From: a virus
Lineage: Duplodnaviria > Heunggongvirae > Uroviricota > Caudoviricetes
IMG/VR virus record: IMGVR_UViG_3300031413_000570
Strand: one strand, 5' to 3'
Length of the DNA stretch: 64,000 nt
Shown: piece after piece, positions 40,301 to 48,515 of the stretch
Position numbering within the stretch: position 1 is the stretch's first letter
Layout: every line of letters starts with the position of its first letter
Notes under the pieces: generated by a model
Databases searched by the model: none
What the model was told of the DNA's origin: nothing
Seen by the model: the letters and a program-made list of their open reading frames with translations, nothing else
Position numbers and translations under genes: made by a program

Positions 40301-40357
40301 GCTGGTGTGCTGATGGATTGGGCAACGGCGTCCACCGTCACGAACTGCATTACACAT
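37325..40357 (-). CDS. Second giant protein: Cys leader, KTSC, Zn ribbon, SWIM, coiled coil, amidoligase; poly-Asp tail
   Basis: MCNAVRDGGRRC; VGYHEGRLEVSF..YAYQNVP; CASCGQFRAQRHNC; CTCADYQENYDCVH; FGIELEFD, ELVSP, GSHVHIS, IEFRMWDAT; ends YDDDDDDDDDGYY. Confidence 0.85.
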   Translation of the reverse strand: MCNAVRDGGRRCPIHQHTSIAGIRAVVAATGLQRRQVENTFRELRREGADITEISPAARQQAIDNLRVVAEEANDLTAYERQMRIADRWNEEPDQATSYALTHLVEISKRKAEALKAELQSVADRTGYTLEEVQAKYYEEYDAVPTGNNVEMPVEHTAAATQRQRRAGLPYDRSSVVALERVRTLVSPDNRQARIENHEPINSTNLAFVGYHEGRLEVSFQHEPETFYAYQNVPEALYERLRSAQRPGSVYSRSIRGNSEYTYDSPEAAEADGYVLRCASCGQFRAQRHNCPERAARNNLAAFGTPAENIQEALDAGVSPEVPEAAFVVEDLTRVDYASSASEEEVAEYVASADFQERLPFGTASTSQAPDGTTRHVVNLGEEFTEHETFRAHTGSMQNRRPSTFTRAFFDRDNPTAEELEVMIETRDAFNALSTVTTLHYINVVRDNLHRADFSMPVSAEFNRMTSPDTANRMLPSSTVSGTIQIGRLAEGETLEDAIIRERHLKCTCADYQENYDCVHVRATARNPYVFLTNRSRRFVEGEHYTSYINRHSVAVQDEERIRNRMRTAGVDRARAIELAEEERAEQQRQREEQERYYRASQAERERINMERGLREAETLRTRNATVVATSDEYRTRMMARWEEEEPGYTGNVDALYEDYRETLRRKRAGEEYMDFRTENVTDGICADEPGARAFGIELEFDIGSGHNRSTSLRKIAEELYEAGLTEENYQQEYHSARASGWGAWSFEEDCTVHGELVSPIMKDTPEHWNQLKTALEIITRNGGVATTRTGSHVHISTASYESSPAKHLELLRQVNQNDEMMYRLATDPARGSHRGMRWCAPNVNDTSETVSADVSSSHNVLGSHMSHSYAMNFEGTYSSDYSRSNIEFRMWDATLDAAVIQRQIMVSAAMTDQAERNVINNGESARPTASRSRIGAARTAERTLLGTSRTHTRETFEQSMGSAPQFFDGLFRRQEDRQRVASLFAVTNWQNYNDSYDDDDDDDDDDGYY

Positions 40358-40427
40358 ATTTTCCCTTGCTCATTTTCTTCTTTATAGCTATCGGGGACAA
40401 ACCCTACTTTGTCCTTTGCCAGATGGT

Positions 40428-41027
40428 TCAGTTAACTACATTCTGAGCAGTTCCGAAAGCAATGTAACCAATACGAGATAATGAACGGAGAAAGTCAAGC
40501 TCGTATTCAGGGCGTAACCAAATTAGGTTCTTAACCTCTTCATAGTCTCCTTCTTTGGAGATTGGTCGAGGAATTTCAGTATGTGGTGCATATGATGTGG
40601 TTACAAGTACAAGAGGAAGGTCAGAGAACCAGAAATCAATAACTTCATCATTCTTGATTGTTCCTAATGTTCCTTCTCCCAAACCCCAGCCATAAGTATC
40701 TCCAGCACTTGTAAGAACTTCCCATTCCCAGTCTTTCAGCTTCTCTGCTGTTTCTGGAGTAATGCGAGATGCAATCATGGTGCGTGCTTTGAGCTGCACT
40801 GTCTGAGCTAAATTGATTCGAGCTTGTAGTTTGTCCTCAGCAGATAGAGCAGCGTATCCAGTGATGAGGACTCCCAAAGCATCTTCTGTTGTTTCGCAGT
40901 CAGCAACTAAACGGTTTGAATCATAGAACATACGCCACTCAAATTGGGACCCATCCATTTTTACAGCAGGCGAGGGAGCTCTATTATCTCTGGCAGCTAA
41001 TTGGTTTGGTGTAATTACAACAGTCAT
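40428..41027 (-). CDS. Conserved hypothetical protein (RDNRAP family), paralog of 6184..6816
   Basis: Same conserved blocks as 6184..6816; directly upstream of the second amidoligase. Confidence 0.85.
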   Translation of the reverse strand: MTVVITPNQLAARDNRAPSPAVKMDGSQFEWRMFYDSNRLVADCETTEDALGVLITGYAALSAEDKLQARINLAQTVQLKARTMIASRITPETAEKLKDWEWEVLTSAGDTYGWGLGEGTLGTIKNDEVIDFWFSDLPLVLVTTSYAPHTEIPRPISKEGDYEEVKNLIWLRPEYELDFLRSLSRIGYIAFGTAQNVVN

Positions 41028-41110
41028 GTCAATCCTTTTTCGGTATACCTCATAGAAATCGGTTTATTGGTACCAAAACGGACCAGGACAACTGAACGAA
41101 TAAATTTCTA

Positions 41111-42544
41111 TCACTTTTCTTTGCTGGTGAAAGTGATAGAGTTTTTCTCCTCATACTCCTGCCAACCTAAAGTCCTCATATTGTTCACCACTACTGAAAA
41201 ATCATCAGTGTCGTTCACCGGAACAAATACTGTATCAATCGCATTTCCTTCAAGCCATCCTTGAAGGACTTCCACATCCGGTTCGTACATCAAATCATAC
41301 GTCGTTTGGACGCGTTCTTTACCAATCAAGTCGTTTCGCCCGTCTAATGCAACTAAAACATCAGGTCTATACAGAATCAACGTACTTCCTGCTTCAATGG
41401 TTGACAGTACCCGTGCGTCCTGAGGAATATTATCTAACGAAGAAGGTCTGACAGGTAAAATGCTTTCCACATCTGTACTTACTCTGTATGTGAGGACACT
41501 TGCAAAAAGGAACGCAGTTATTACTGTGCCAGCAACGGCTGCTGACAGTGCTTTCCATTTATCTGTCCACCATTGCGGAACAAAAACTAAACCAGCCAAC
41601 AAAATGACAACCAGATAAATTGACATCCTGATGGTTGTCACGGACAATACAACAAAAGCGACTACTGTCAAGGCGTAAACAAATTGCTTTGTTCTGACAG
41701 CAAAGAACCCCACGACCACCGCTGCGGCAATAGCCAAAGCAACCGACAGGTTCAAAGTTCCATTGAAAAATATGCCAGACCACTCTTCAATGAAGTTCTC
41801 TGACTCATTTTGAACTAACGACACTTTCAGTAATGCTGTAATACCAAAAGGCGAACACACAACTCCAATTGTGCAAGCTGCTCCCACTGCTATTACAGAA
41901 ACCCATCTACGAACAGCAGGAACGTCTTTTATTGCCACATATGTAACGAACGGGAGTAACGCAATAGCTAAAACCCCTGTGAGATGCATGTTGATCCACA
42001 ATATGCTTACACTGAAACCAGCTAACACAAAGCTGGATAGCTTATAGGCAAAACGGTTGATGTCTTTCAGGTATAAACTGGTCAGAAGGAAAAGAAGAAG
42101 CAGTACAATGTCTGCAGTGTTGGAACGGCCGTTCAGGTACACATGCAGTACCGCCCAGACTGCCCCCAGAATGACAAACTGCCAGATGGTCGGGATGTTT
42201 ATCTTCCTTAGGAAAAGAACAATTGAAGTATAGACCACGATGTTAGTGAGCACAATGACCCAAAAGAAACTTGCAGTTCCCAACAAGTTGTAGCTTCCGT
42301 AGAGAACTACATTCCACAACCATGAATTAGGTGACCAAAGTTCGCCCAAAGTTTGCAGATTCCAAACATCCTTGATGAAAACTTGCACTTGACCAGACTG
42401 GACGATATCGCCCCCGTTACGAACACCCCATAGCATGTCCGTGCCTTGAGTAAAAGCTCCCTGGATAACACTCAAACTCAGTATCAATACACCGAACATG
42501 ATGTATTTCCATGAAAAGGTTCTACGGTTGGATAAAAGTGACAT
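41111..42544 (-). CDS. Polytopic membrane protein, putative GT-C glycosyltransferase-like; paralog of 42522..43955
   Basis: DMLWGVRNGG, PNSWLW, LNGRSNT, WINMHL, EEWS, LDGRNDL; roughly a dozen hydrophobic segments. Confidence 0.6.
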   Translation of the reverse strand: MSLLSNRRTFSWKYIMFGVLILSLSVIQGAFTQGTDMLWGVRNGGDIVQSGQVQVFIKDVWNLQTLGELWSPNSWLWNVVLYGSYNLLGTASFFWVIVLTNIVVYTSIVLFLRKINIPTIWQFVILGAVWAVLHVYLNGRSNTADIVLLLLFLLTSLYLKDINRFAYKLSSFVLAGFSVSILWINMHLTGVLAIALLPFVTYVAIKDVPAVRRWVSVIAVGAACTIGVVCSPFGITALLKVSLVQNESENFIEEWSGIFFNGTLNLSVALAIAAAVVVGFFAVRTKQFVYALTVVAFVVLSVTTIRMSIYLVVILLAGLVFVPQWWTDKWKALSAAVAGTVITAFLFASVLTYRVSTDVESILPVRPSSLDNIPQDARVLSTIEAGSTLILYRPDVLVALDGRNDLIGKERVQTTYDLMYEPDVEVLQGWLEGNAIDTVFVPVNDTDDFSVVVNNMRTLGWQEYEEKNSITFTSKEK

Positions 42545-43955
42545 AACCGTCGCCATCTTTCTCAATCCAATCTAACTTGTTCATGTTTTTCACAATAGGG
42601 CTGTAGGCTTCTGGGTCTTCAACAAATACAGTATCTACGTCATATTCTTCAAGCCAATCCTTGATGTCATCTAAATCATCAGAGAATAAGATGTTGGAAG
42701 ATTCAACGAACCGCTCTTTTCCCATCAAATCATTTCTGCCATCTAACGTTACTTGTACATCTGGACGGTAAAGAAGCAAAGTTCCTCCGCTGTCTTGGTC
42801 TGTGGCCACTACCGCGTTTGAAGGAACATCTGAAAAGTTTGCAGGGTCAACAGGAAGAATGCTATTCCAGTCCGTTGAAACCTTAGCTGTAGAGTAGGCG
42901 CCTACCCCTAACATGGCAACAGCAACTAAGATGGCTACTGTTTGAACATATCTCCGATACGGTAATTTCCATCTGTGTACCATGCGTAAAGAAGCAAGAA
43001 TGAAGACAAGCAAGAAAGGAGTGAATCTGATCGTGTCGAAAGTGACATAGCAGAATACTACAAGTATGGCAGCAATAATCCATTGTTTTTGCTGCAAAGC
43101 AACCAACGCCAAAACAGCTCCAAAAACAACTACTGCGATGACAGCCCAGTTGGGTGTTCCTGTAGCAAAGACGTTAGACCATTCGATGAAAAAATCTTTC
43201 GATTCGTTGGTTACTTGCGAAACCTTCACTAAACCTGTTACTCCAAAAGGTGTCAAAGGAATAGCTAAAAGGACTCCCATAAAAGAAGCAGCAGCGAATA
43301 GAAGTTTCTTTTTGAAAACATAGTTGTAATGGTGGATGTATACAACAGCTGGGAACACGGCGATGGCTGCTAATGCAGTCAGATGAAGATTCATCCATAA
43401 CGCGGTTGCCCCGAATGAAAGCAGAGCATACAAGCCTGTTTTGAGCGGTAGCTTTTTGACAGTCCTTAGCTTCCCTGCCCCCAATAAGAACACTCCAAGA
43501 ATAAGGAAATCAACGGTATTCGAACGGCCGTTCAAAAACTGAACTGTAACAGCCCAAATAAGAAATAAACCTACAAACTGCCAGGTTGGAGTCAAGCGTG
43601 ACGCTCTCAGAGTTAACCAAAAGCATAGGTAGATTAGGAAGTTTGTTGCAGCTGTCAGAACGAAAAAACCAGCTGTGCCAAATGCTGTGAAGCTGGCATA
43701 CAGGATGACATTCCATAACCATGAATTAGGCGCCCACTCTTCGCCTAAGGTAATAGCATTCCAAGCATCAGGAGTGAATACTGTTGCTCCATTACGGAGC
43801 AGGTCTCCTCCATTACGAGCTCCCCAGAGAATGTCAACTTCAGGTAAAAATGAAGCTCTGAAAAGACTAACTCCTGTGATGAAGATCAAGACTAACGCTA
43901 CGAATGGTTTGCCGTTGAATGTGAAGGTCAAAAATTTCTGCAGCTTGTTCTTCAT
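42522..43955 (-). CDS. Polytopic membrane protein, putative GT-C glycosyltransferase-like; paralog of 41111..42544
   Basis: DILWGARNGG, PNSWLW, LNGRSNT, WMNLHL, IEWS, LDGRNDL. Confidence 0.6.
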   Translation of the reverse strand: MKNKLQKFLTFTFNGKPFVALVLIFITGVSLFRASFLPEVDILWGARNGGDLLRNGATVFTPDAWNAITLGEEWAPNSWLWNVILYASFTAFGTAGFFVLTAATNFLIYLCFWLTLRASRLTPTWQFVGLFLIWAVTVQFLNGRSNTVDFLILGVFLLGAGKLRTVKKLPLKTGLYALLSFGATALWMNLHLTALAAIAVFPAVVYIHHYNYVFKKKLLFAAASFMGVLLAIPLTPFGVTGLVKVSQVTNESKDFFIEWSNVFATGTPNWAVIAVVVFGAVLALVALQQKQWIIAAILVVFCYVTFDTIRFTPFLLVFILASLRMVHRWKLPYRRYVQTVAILVAVAMLGVGAYSTAKVSTDWNSILPVDPANFSDVPSNAVVATDQDSGGTLLLYRPDVQVTLDGRNDLMGKERFVESSNILFSDDLDDIKDWLEEYDVDTVFVEDPEAYSPIVKNMNKLDWIEKDGDGYVTFIQP

Positions 43956-44926
43956 CAGCTAATATGACGCAGCATGGCTTTAGTCACTGCCTCCACGATA
44001 GGCACAGGAACACTGTTGCCAAACTGCTGCCATGCTTGGGTTCTGGAGTTTGGGAGTTGGAAAGTTTCAGGGAATCCTTGAAGCCTGGCGCATTCACGAG
44101 GGTGGAGTTTACGAACAACCATGTCACCGTTTACTCCTGCAGTGTAGTACAAACCAGTTTTCGCTCCGACACCTCCGCCGTAAGCTGAAAGGGTAATTGC
44201 ATGTCCTAAGTCTGAGTAGATTCTTTCACCTTGACCACCTTTGCCCAGATGTCCCACTCGGATTGGTTTGTTCACAGCCACAGCTTTGTTGATAGCAGCC
44301 TGATTCAAAACGATGTCGTTACGGTGAGTGATGACTAAATCCTCTACTTCTTCTGGTGGCAGTAGAACATCTTTCAGAGAAATAGCAGTGTGAGGAGGTT
44401 CAGGAAACACGAATGGAGTGTTGTTGAGGTCTTCCCTAATAGCAGCCATGAACACTCTTTGCCTGTTCTGTGGTACTCCAAAGTCGGAAGCATTATACAG
44501 CTGATGAGTGAAGGTGTATCCCAGTTGTTCCATTGTGTTACGAACAACTTCTAAAGTCCTTCCTCCATCATGTGAAGCAAAGTTGCGAACATTCTCCAAC
44601 AGCACCAGAGGAGGTCGTTTCTCTTTGATGATACGAGCTACATCGAAGAAAAGTGTTCCGCGAGTATCTTCGAATCCTAAACGCTTACCTGAAATACTGA
44701 AAGCCTGGCATGGGAAACCAGCGGAGAGGAGCGTGTGGTCAGGGACGCTTGTTTCATCGATCTTAGTGATGTCTCCATTCACTTCAACACCGTAATTGTT
44801 GAAAAGAACAACAGAACAGTTTTTGTCCCATTCTGAAGTGTAGACAGACTCAAATCCATTGCGTTCCAACGCAATGTGGTTACCGCCGATACCGGCAAAA
44901 AGGTCTATAAAGGTAAGGTCAGTCAT
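43955..44926 (-). CDS. dcm: DNA (cytosine-5)-methyltransferase, M.HhaI-like (predicted GCGC)
   Basis: DLFAGIGG, AGFPCQAFS, ENV; TRD GKGGQGERIYS..GHAITLSAYGGG..AKTG closely resembles M.HhaI as recalled. Confidence 0.9.
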   Translation of the reverse strand: MTDLTFIDLFAGIGGNHIALERNGFESVYTSEWDKNCSVVLFNNYGVEVNGDITKIDETSVPDHTLLSAGFPCQAFSISGKRLGFEDTRGTLFFDVARIIKEKRPPLVLLENVRNFASHDGGRTLEVVRNTMEQLGYTFTHQLYNASDFGVPQNRQRVFMAAIREDLNNTPFVFPEPPHTAISLKDVLLPPEEVEDLVITHRNDIVLNQAAINKAVAVNKPIRVGHLGKGGQGERIYSDLGHAITLSAYGGGVGAKTGLYYTAGVNGDMVVRKLHPRECARLQGFPETFQLPNSRTQAWQQFGNSVPVPIVEAVTKAMLRHIS

Positions 44927-45930
44927 GGATTAGCTATCGGTTTAATTGAAGTTGGTTTGTATCTCAAGGACATCATCACATGCTGAGTGTGAGCGTTAGG
45001 TAAATCAGCTGCTGACAGCTTTTTGACTGTCAACATGATGTGTTCAGGTCTATCTGCAGTGTTGCTACTTTTACGACCCAAGAACCATGTGTCAGAAAGA
45101 TATCTTTCTGACAACGCCATTTTGTCATAATGCGTCCGGGTTAGCGTGACTGTAAGCTTATCCAAGTCATAGCTGACCACTCCAGTTAGAGAAGAAACAA
45201 AAGCTGCCAGAATTTGAGACACTTCCACTTTGTCTTTCAGCGGGACATTACTGGAACCTGACTTTTTTAGCCTCACCTTTTGAATAGTCAAAGAAACATC
45301 TCTTAGAAAATGTAAGTCAAACAAGCTAAACAATGTCACTTTTTCCCGGTAAGGTACAGCAACAAAAGCGATTTTCTGATTGACAAATTTCTTAGCCAAC
45401 CAAGCCCTGGTGACAAAATTCTCTACTTCAGGTGTTACTACTAAACGAGATTGAGAAATTTGACTGATGTAGTCTTCCAGTAAGCTACCTGTCCGAGGTT
45501 TGCCTTCTGGTGTTAGAATGATTTGACCTAACTGAGCCTGGTAGGATTTCACCTCAACAGCAAAGAAAGGCTCTGTTTCTCCTTTGACGGAAACTTCGAT
45601 ATCATTCTTCTGAGAGTTAGACCCTCCATGATGCTCTACAGTAAGAACATCTGCGGGTAAAATTTTAGTTGCGGCTGAATAAGCTCGCAGTTCGTTGATT
45701 TCATGGTTAACCCCAGCAGCGGTAGCAGGCACCCCATGGTTACTCGAATAACGAGTGGCAGTCCAATTTTTCTTTGTAATGTCTGACAGTTTTGATACTA
45801 CAGAAGAATAGAAACTGTCATAAGCTGACAAGATTTGAGTAATCTCAGTCTGAAGGTCTTCTGGAAGAGCTGCCATTTCAGGCAGAGATGCTAAACCAGC
45901 ATCTCTGTTAACATCAGCAACCTTTTCCAT
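44923..45930 (-). CDS. Putative type II restriction endonuclease (PD-(D/E)XK)
   Basis: Stop overlaps the methylase start; KNDIEV...AVEVKS motif; TACAAT 6 nt before ATG. Confidence 0.5.
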   Translation of the reverse strand: MEKVADVNRDAGLASLPEMAALPEDLQTEITQILSAYDSFYSSVVSKLSDITKKNWTATRYSSNHGVPATAAGVNHEINELRAYSAATKILPADVLTVEHHGGSNSQKNDIEVSVKGETEPFFAVEVKSYQAQLGQIILTPEGKPRTGSLLEDYISQISQSRLVVTPEVENFVTRAWLAKKFVNQKIAFVAVPYREKVTLFSLFDLHFLRDVSLTIQKVRLKKSGSSNVPLKDKVEVSQILAAFVSSLTGVVSYDLDKLTVTLTRTHYDKMALSERYLSDTWFLGRKSSNTADRPEHIMLTVKKLSAADLPNAHTQHVMMSLRYKPTSIKPIANP

Positions 45931-46076
45931 ACCTTTATTGTATCAAGACATCCCATCTTAACTCATTTTCTTTAGACTCCTGCAGAATGCTCTGTAAGCG
46001 ATTAGAGTAGTAAGGATGACTCCGTGGAAGCAGAAGTAACAATGCCGTCTTAGACGAGCACCACAGGTCTATCTGA

Positions 46077-46877
46077 CTACTTCTGGAAGCCTTCGGGCCA
46101 CTGGCCTTGAGGTAGTCTGACGAGCTGAGGAGTTTGAGGTGAACCTAAATAGGTTTTACCCTGACTGGTGAATTTACTCATCTCTTGTTCGTTCAACTGC
46201 CAAGGCTGTTGAGTCAGTTCGTCCTTCCATCCAATTGGAATCCAGAACGGGTTCTGTCGAAAACCATTCTTCTGGTAGAAACGAGTGAGCCTTTCCCTAT
46301 GAGCCAAAGCTTTAGCTTCATACTGCGGGTGGCGGGTATCTATCTTCTTATCCCCGGCAGAAGTCGGGGTGAGAAAAAGCATGCTGTTGTTAGCGTCTGC
46401 ATGCTTGGTAAGAATGTCCATAATCCATCCACCAACACCTTGACCTCGTAAGCCAGGTGATACATAGAACTCTTTTACTGTGTGGCCAGCAACAGGGCTA
46501 TTATGTAGAGTCGCACCCAGTAGCAGAACAACATTAGGGTCTTGTGTGAAAAACTTCTGGATGTCTGAGTAGGATGAGAAAGATGGGACTGTTTTCAGGT
46601 CGTACTGATGAGATATTTTTTCAGGAGCTATCCCTACAGTTAGTTGTTCATTGGTAGTGTCATCTGACAAGACCAGTTGATCCCATTCTTCTGCGTTCGA
46701 CGCAGGGTAAACACCAATTGGTTTGAAACGATCCATCTCTTCTTTTACCGCGAACATCGTCTGATAGTCTTCGTCTAACAGCGCCTTATCGAAAACTTCT
46801 TTTAGATGGTTCCTCTCAGGACAACGCGGGTCGCGGCATTGCCCTGGAGTGCGAGCTTGGCAGCGGACGTTCTTCAT
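46077..46877 (-). CDS. GNAT acetyltransferase with Cys-rich leader, paralog of 33827..34666
   Basis: RCQARTPGQCRDPRCPE leader; VSPGLRGQGVG; FYQKNGF. Confidence 0.75.
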   Translation of the reverse strand: MKNVRCQARTPGQCRDPRCPERNHLKEVFDKALLDEDYQTMFAVKEEMDRFKPIGVYPASNAEEWDQLVLSDDTTNEQLTVGIAPEKISHQYDLKTVPSFSSYSDIQKFFTQDPNVVLLLGATLHNSPVAGHTVKEFYVSPGLRGQGVGGWIMDILTKHADANNSMLFLTPTSAGDKKIDTRHPQYEAKALAHRERLTRFYQKNGFRQNPFWIPIGWKDELTQQPWQLNEQEMSKFTSQGKTYLGSPQTPQLVRLPQGQWPEGFQK

Positions 46878-46901
46878 AGAGTGTTCCTAACCGTAAAGGA
46901 A

Positions 46902-47387
46902 TCACTGCTTTTTGTTGATATAGTCATCAAGTAGACTGTTACGAAGAGAATCTAATGTTTCCATAGGGGTAGACTGGAAAACAGGATTGTTCATTAGGGT
47001 AAAGTTCAGAGCAGCTAACATTCCCAGCATTTCAACTGGCTCAGTCAAACTATACAGCTTAAGGAAAAACTTACCTGGAGTGCTGTCTTCAGAAGCGTCA
47101 AGAAGATTCATAAGTTCAGTCTCTGTTCCTGAAAGACCGCCTTCAGGTGAAAGAAGGTTCGCTCGGAGCACATCATACATTCTTTTCGCGTTGCTGTCAC
47201 CTGTAATCAAAGTGGACAGCACGCCTGAAACAAACACCAGACCTTTAATTAGCTCTTCAACCTGCATAACCCCCAGAACATCAACCATGCGTTCAAGTTT
47301 TTGGTTTGGATCGCAGTAGGCTTTCATGAAAGAAACCCCAGCAAGACCTGCTTCATTATCTTTGCCTAACAGAGCATCTACAAGCAT
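46902..47387 (-). CDS. Hypothetical protein
   Basis: 161 aa ORF, helical character. Confidence 0.65.
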   Translation of the reverse strand: MLVDALLGKDNEAGLAGVSFMKAYCDPNQKLERMVDVLGVMQVEELIKGLVFVSGVLSTLITGDSNAKRMYDVLRANLLSPEGGLSGTETELMNLLDASEDSTPGKFFLKLYSLTEPVEMLGMLAALNFTLMNNPVFQSTPMETLDSLRNSLLDDYINKKQ

Positions 47388-47448
47388 ATTCGTTTCCTTT
47401 TCTTCTGCTGTTACAACTGTGTACTGTAACAGTATTTTATGATTCGTT

Positions 47449-48126
47449 TCAGTTAACTACTTCATGTCGGATGCAGTGATCCATTGTTTCTTTCAGAAGA
47501 ACAGCTGTAGAGCTTGTTGCTGTCTTTGCATTGTCCAGGACAAGACTTGCTTCATTGAGTATCTTTTCTAACGTAGACACATACAAGCCTGAATAGGAGC
47601 TGCCTGTTTTTTGAGCTTGACGCACTACATAGAAACCGTAAACTTTCATGAAGGGATATCTTTCACGATATGCAGCTACCTTCTTGACAAGGTTGTTATG
47701 ACCACCCAAAGCGATTCTTTTCTTACCTCTGCGACCATACATTTTTCCATCAATATCAATTGAGACGGAATCAAAATTGGATAAAGATTTAGCTTCGATA
47801 ATAACGAGCGTGTTCTGGTAGATCAGAATGTTGTCTGTCTCCCCGTCTTCATCTCCATAGTTTCCGATTGAATGGAAAACGTATAAGTCTTTGTAGTCAA
47901 AGATCAGCAGGTTGAGTAGATTAGCGACAGCATGCTCTGTTATCAAGCCTTTCATCTTCCCGTCATCATCAGCAGTGATTTTGGCTCGGGGATGAGGAAA
48001 TGGGTATGGTGTTCCATACAGTCTACGATCAGAAGCCAGCATTTCTCTGACTTCTTTGGGGGTGTACAGTTTTAACCTGTCGTCTAACATTGGTGTCCTT
48101 TTTGCTTGTGAGAAGCTATCGGACAC
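47449..48126 (-). CDS. NERD domain protein
   Basis: GLITEHAV...VFHSI...ETDNILIY...IIEAKSL. Confidence 0.7.
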   Translation of the reverse strand: MSDSFSQAKRTPMLDDRLKLYTPKEVREMLASDRRLYGTPYPFPHPRAKITADDDGKMKGLITEHAVANLLNLLIFDYKDLYVFHSIGNYGDEDGETDNILIYQNTLVIIEAKSLSNFDSVSIDIDGKMYGRRGKKRIALGGHNNLVKKVAAYRERYPFMKVYGFYVVRQAQKTGSSYSGLYVSTLEKILNEASLVLDNAKTATSSTAVLLKETMDHCIRHEVVN

Positions 48127-48135
48127 GTGAAAGAG

Positions 48136-48411
48136 TTAGTCCTTGGAAAGGTTCTCCAGTAACCCAAACAGGCGACCTCGAAGAACTTCGACTACTTCTT
48201 CTGTCGTCATGTCTGCTGCTGCAGCGTACTCCTGCATGAGAAGGAAAGTCAGGACAAGACCGCCTCCGCCGGCTGTCTGCATTGTGAACAGAGGAGCCAT
48301 CAAAGAGCGAGTTTCATCATCCAAAGGACTGTCATCTGTCTTGTCATAGAAAGTCAGAAGCAGAAGAGCGTCTTCCATCATGGTGTTGAGCTTGTCTTTT
48401 GAGGTATTCAT
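48136..48411 (-). CDS. Small hypothetical protein (likely leaderless)
   Basis: tggTAGAGT 6 nt before ATG. Confidence 0.6.
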   Translation of the reverse strand: MNTSKDKLNTMMEDALLLLTFYDKTDDSPLDDETRSLMAPLFTMQTAGGGGLVLTFLLMQEYAAAADMTTEEVVEVLRGRLFGLLENLSKD

Positions 48412-48465
48412 GGACCTACTCTACCATTTCTTCCTGGGAAACACCTGTTTGTTCATTGCGTACAA

Positions 48466-48514
48466 ATAACGAAGAAGGACGCCTCCATCAGTAAGAGGTG
48501 TCCTTCTTCGTTAT
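48466..48514 (-). terminator. Terminator after the tRNA nucleotidyltransferase
   Basis: ataacgaagaaggacgcctc / gaggtgtccttcttcgttat. Confidence 0.8.
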
Positions 48515-48515
48515 A

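Noticed and set aside
15376-44940. CCGATAGCTAA just before both dcm genes (15376, 44935)
   Set aside because: Both copies fall within the last codons of the upstream CDS, so they were not counted as independent promoter evidence.
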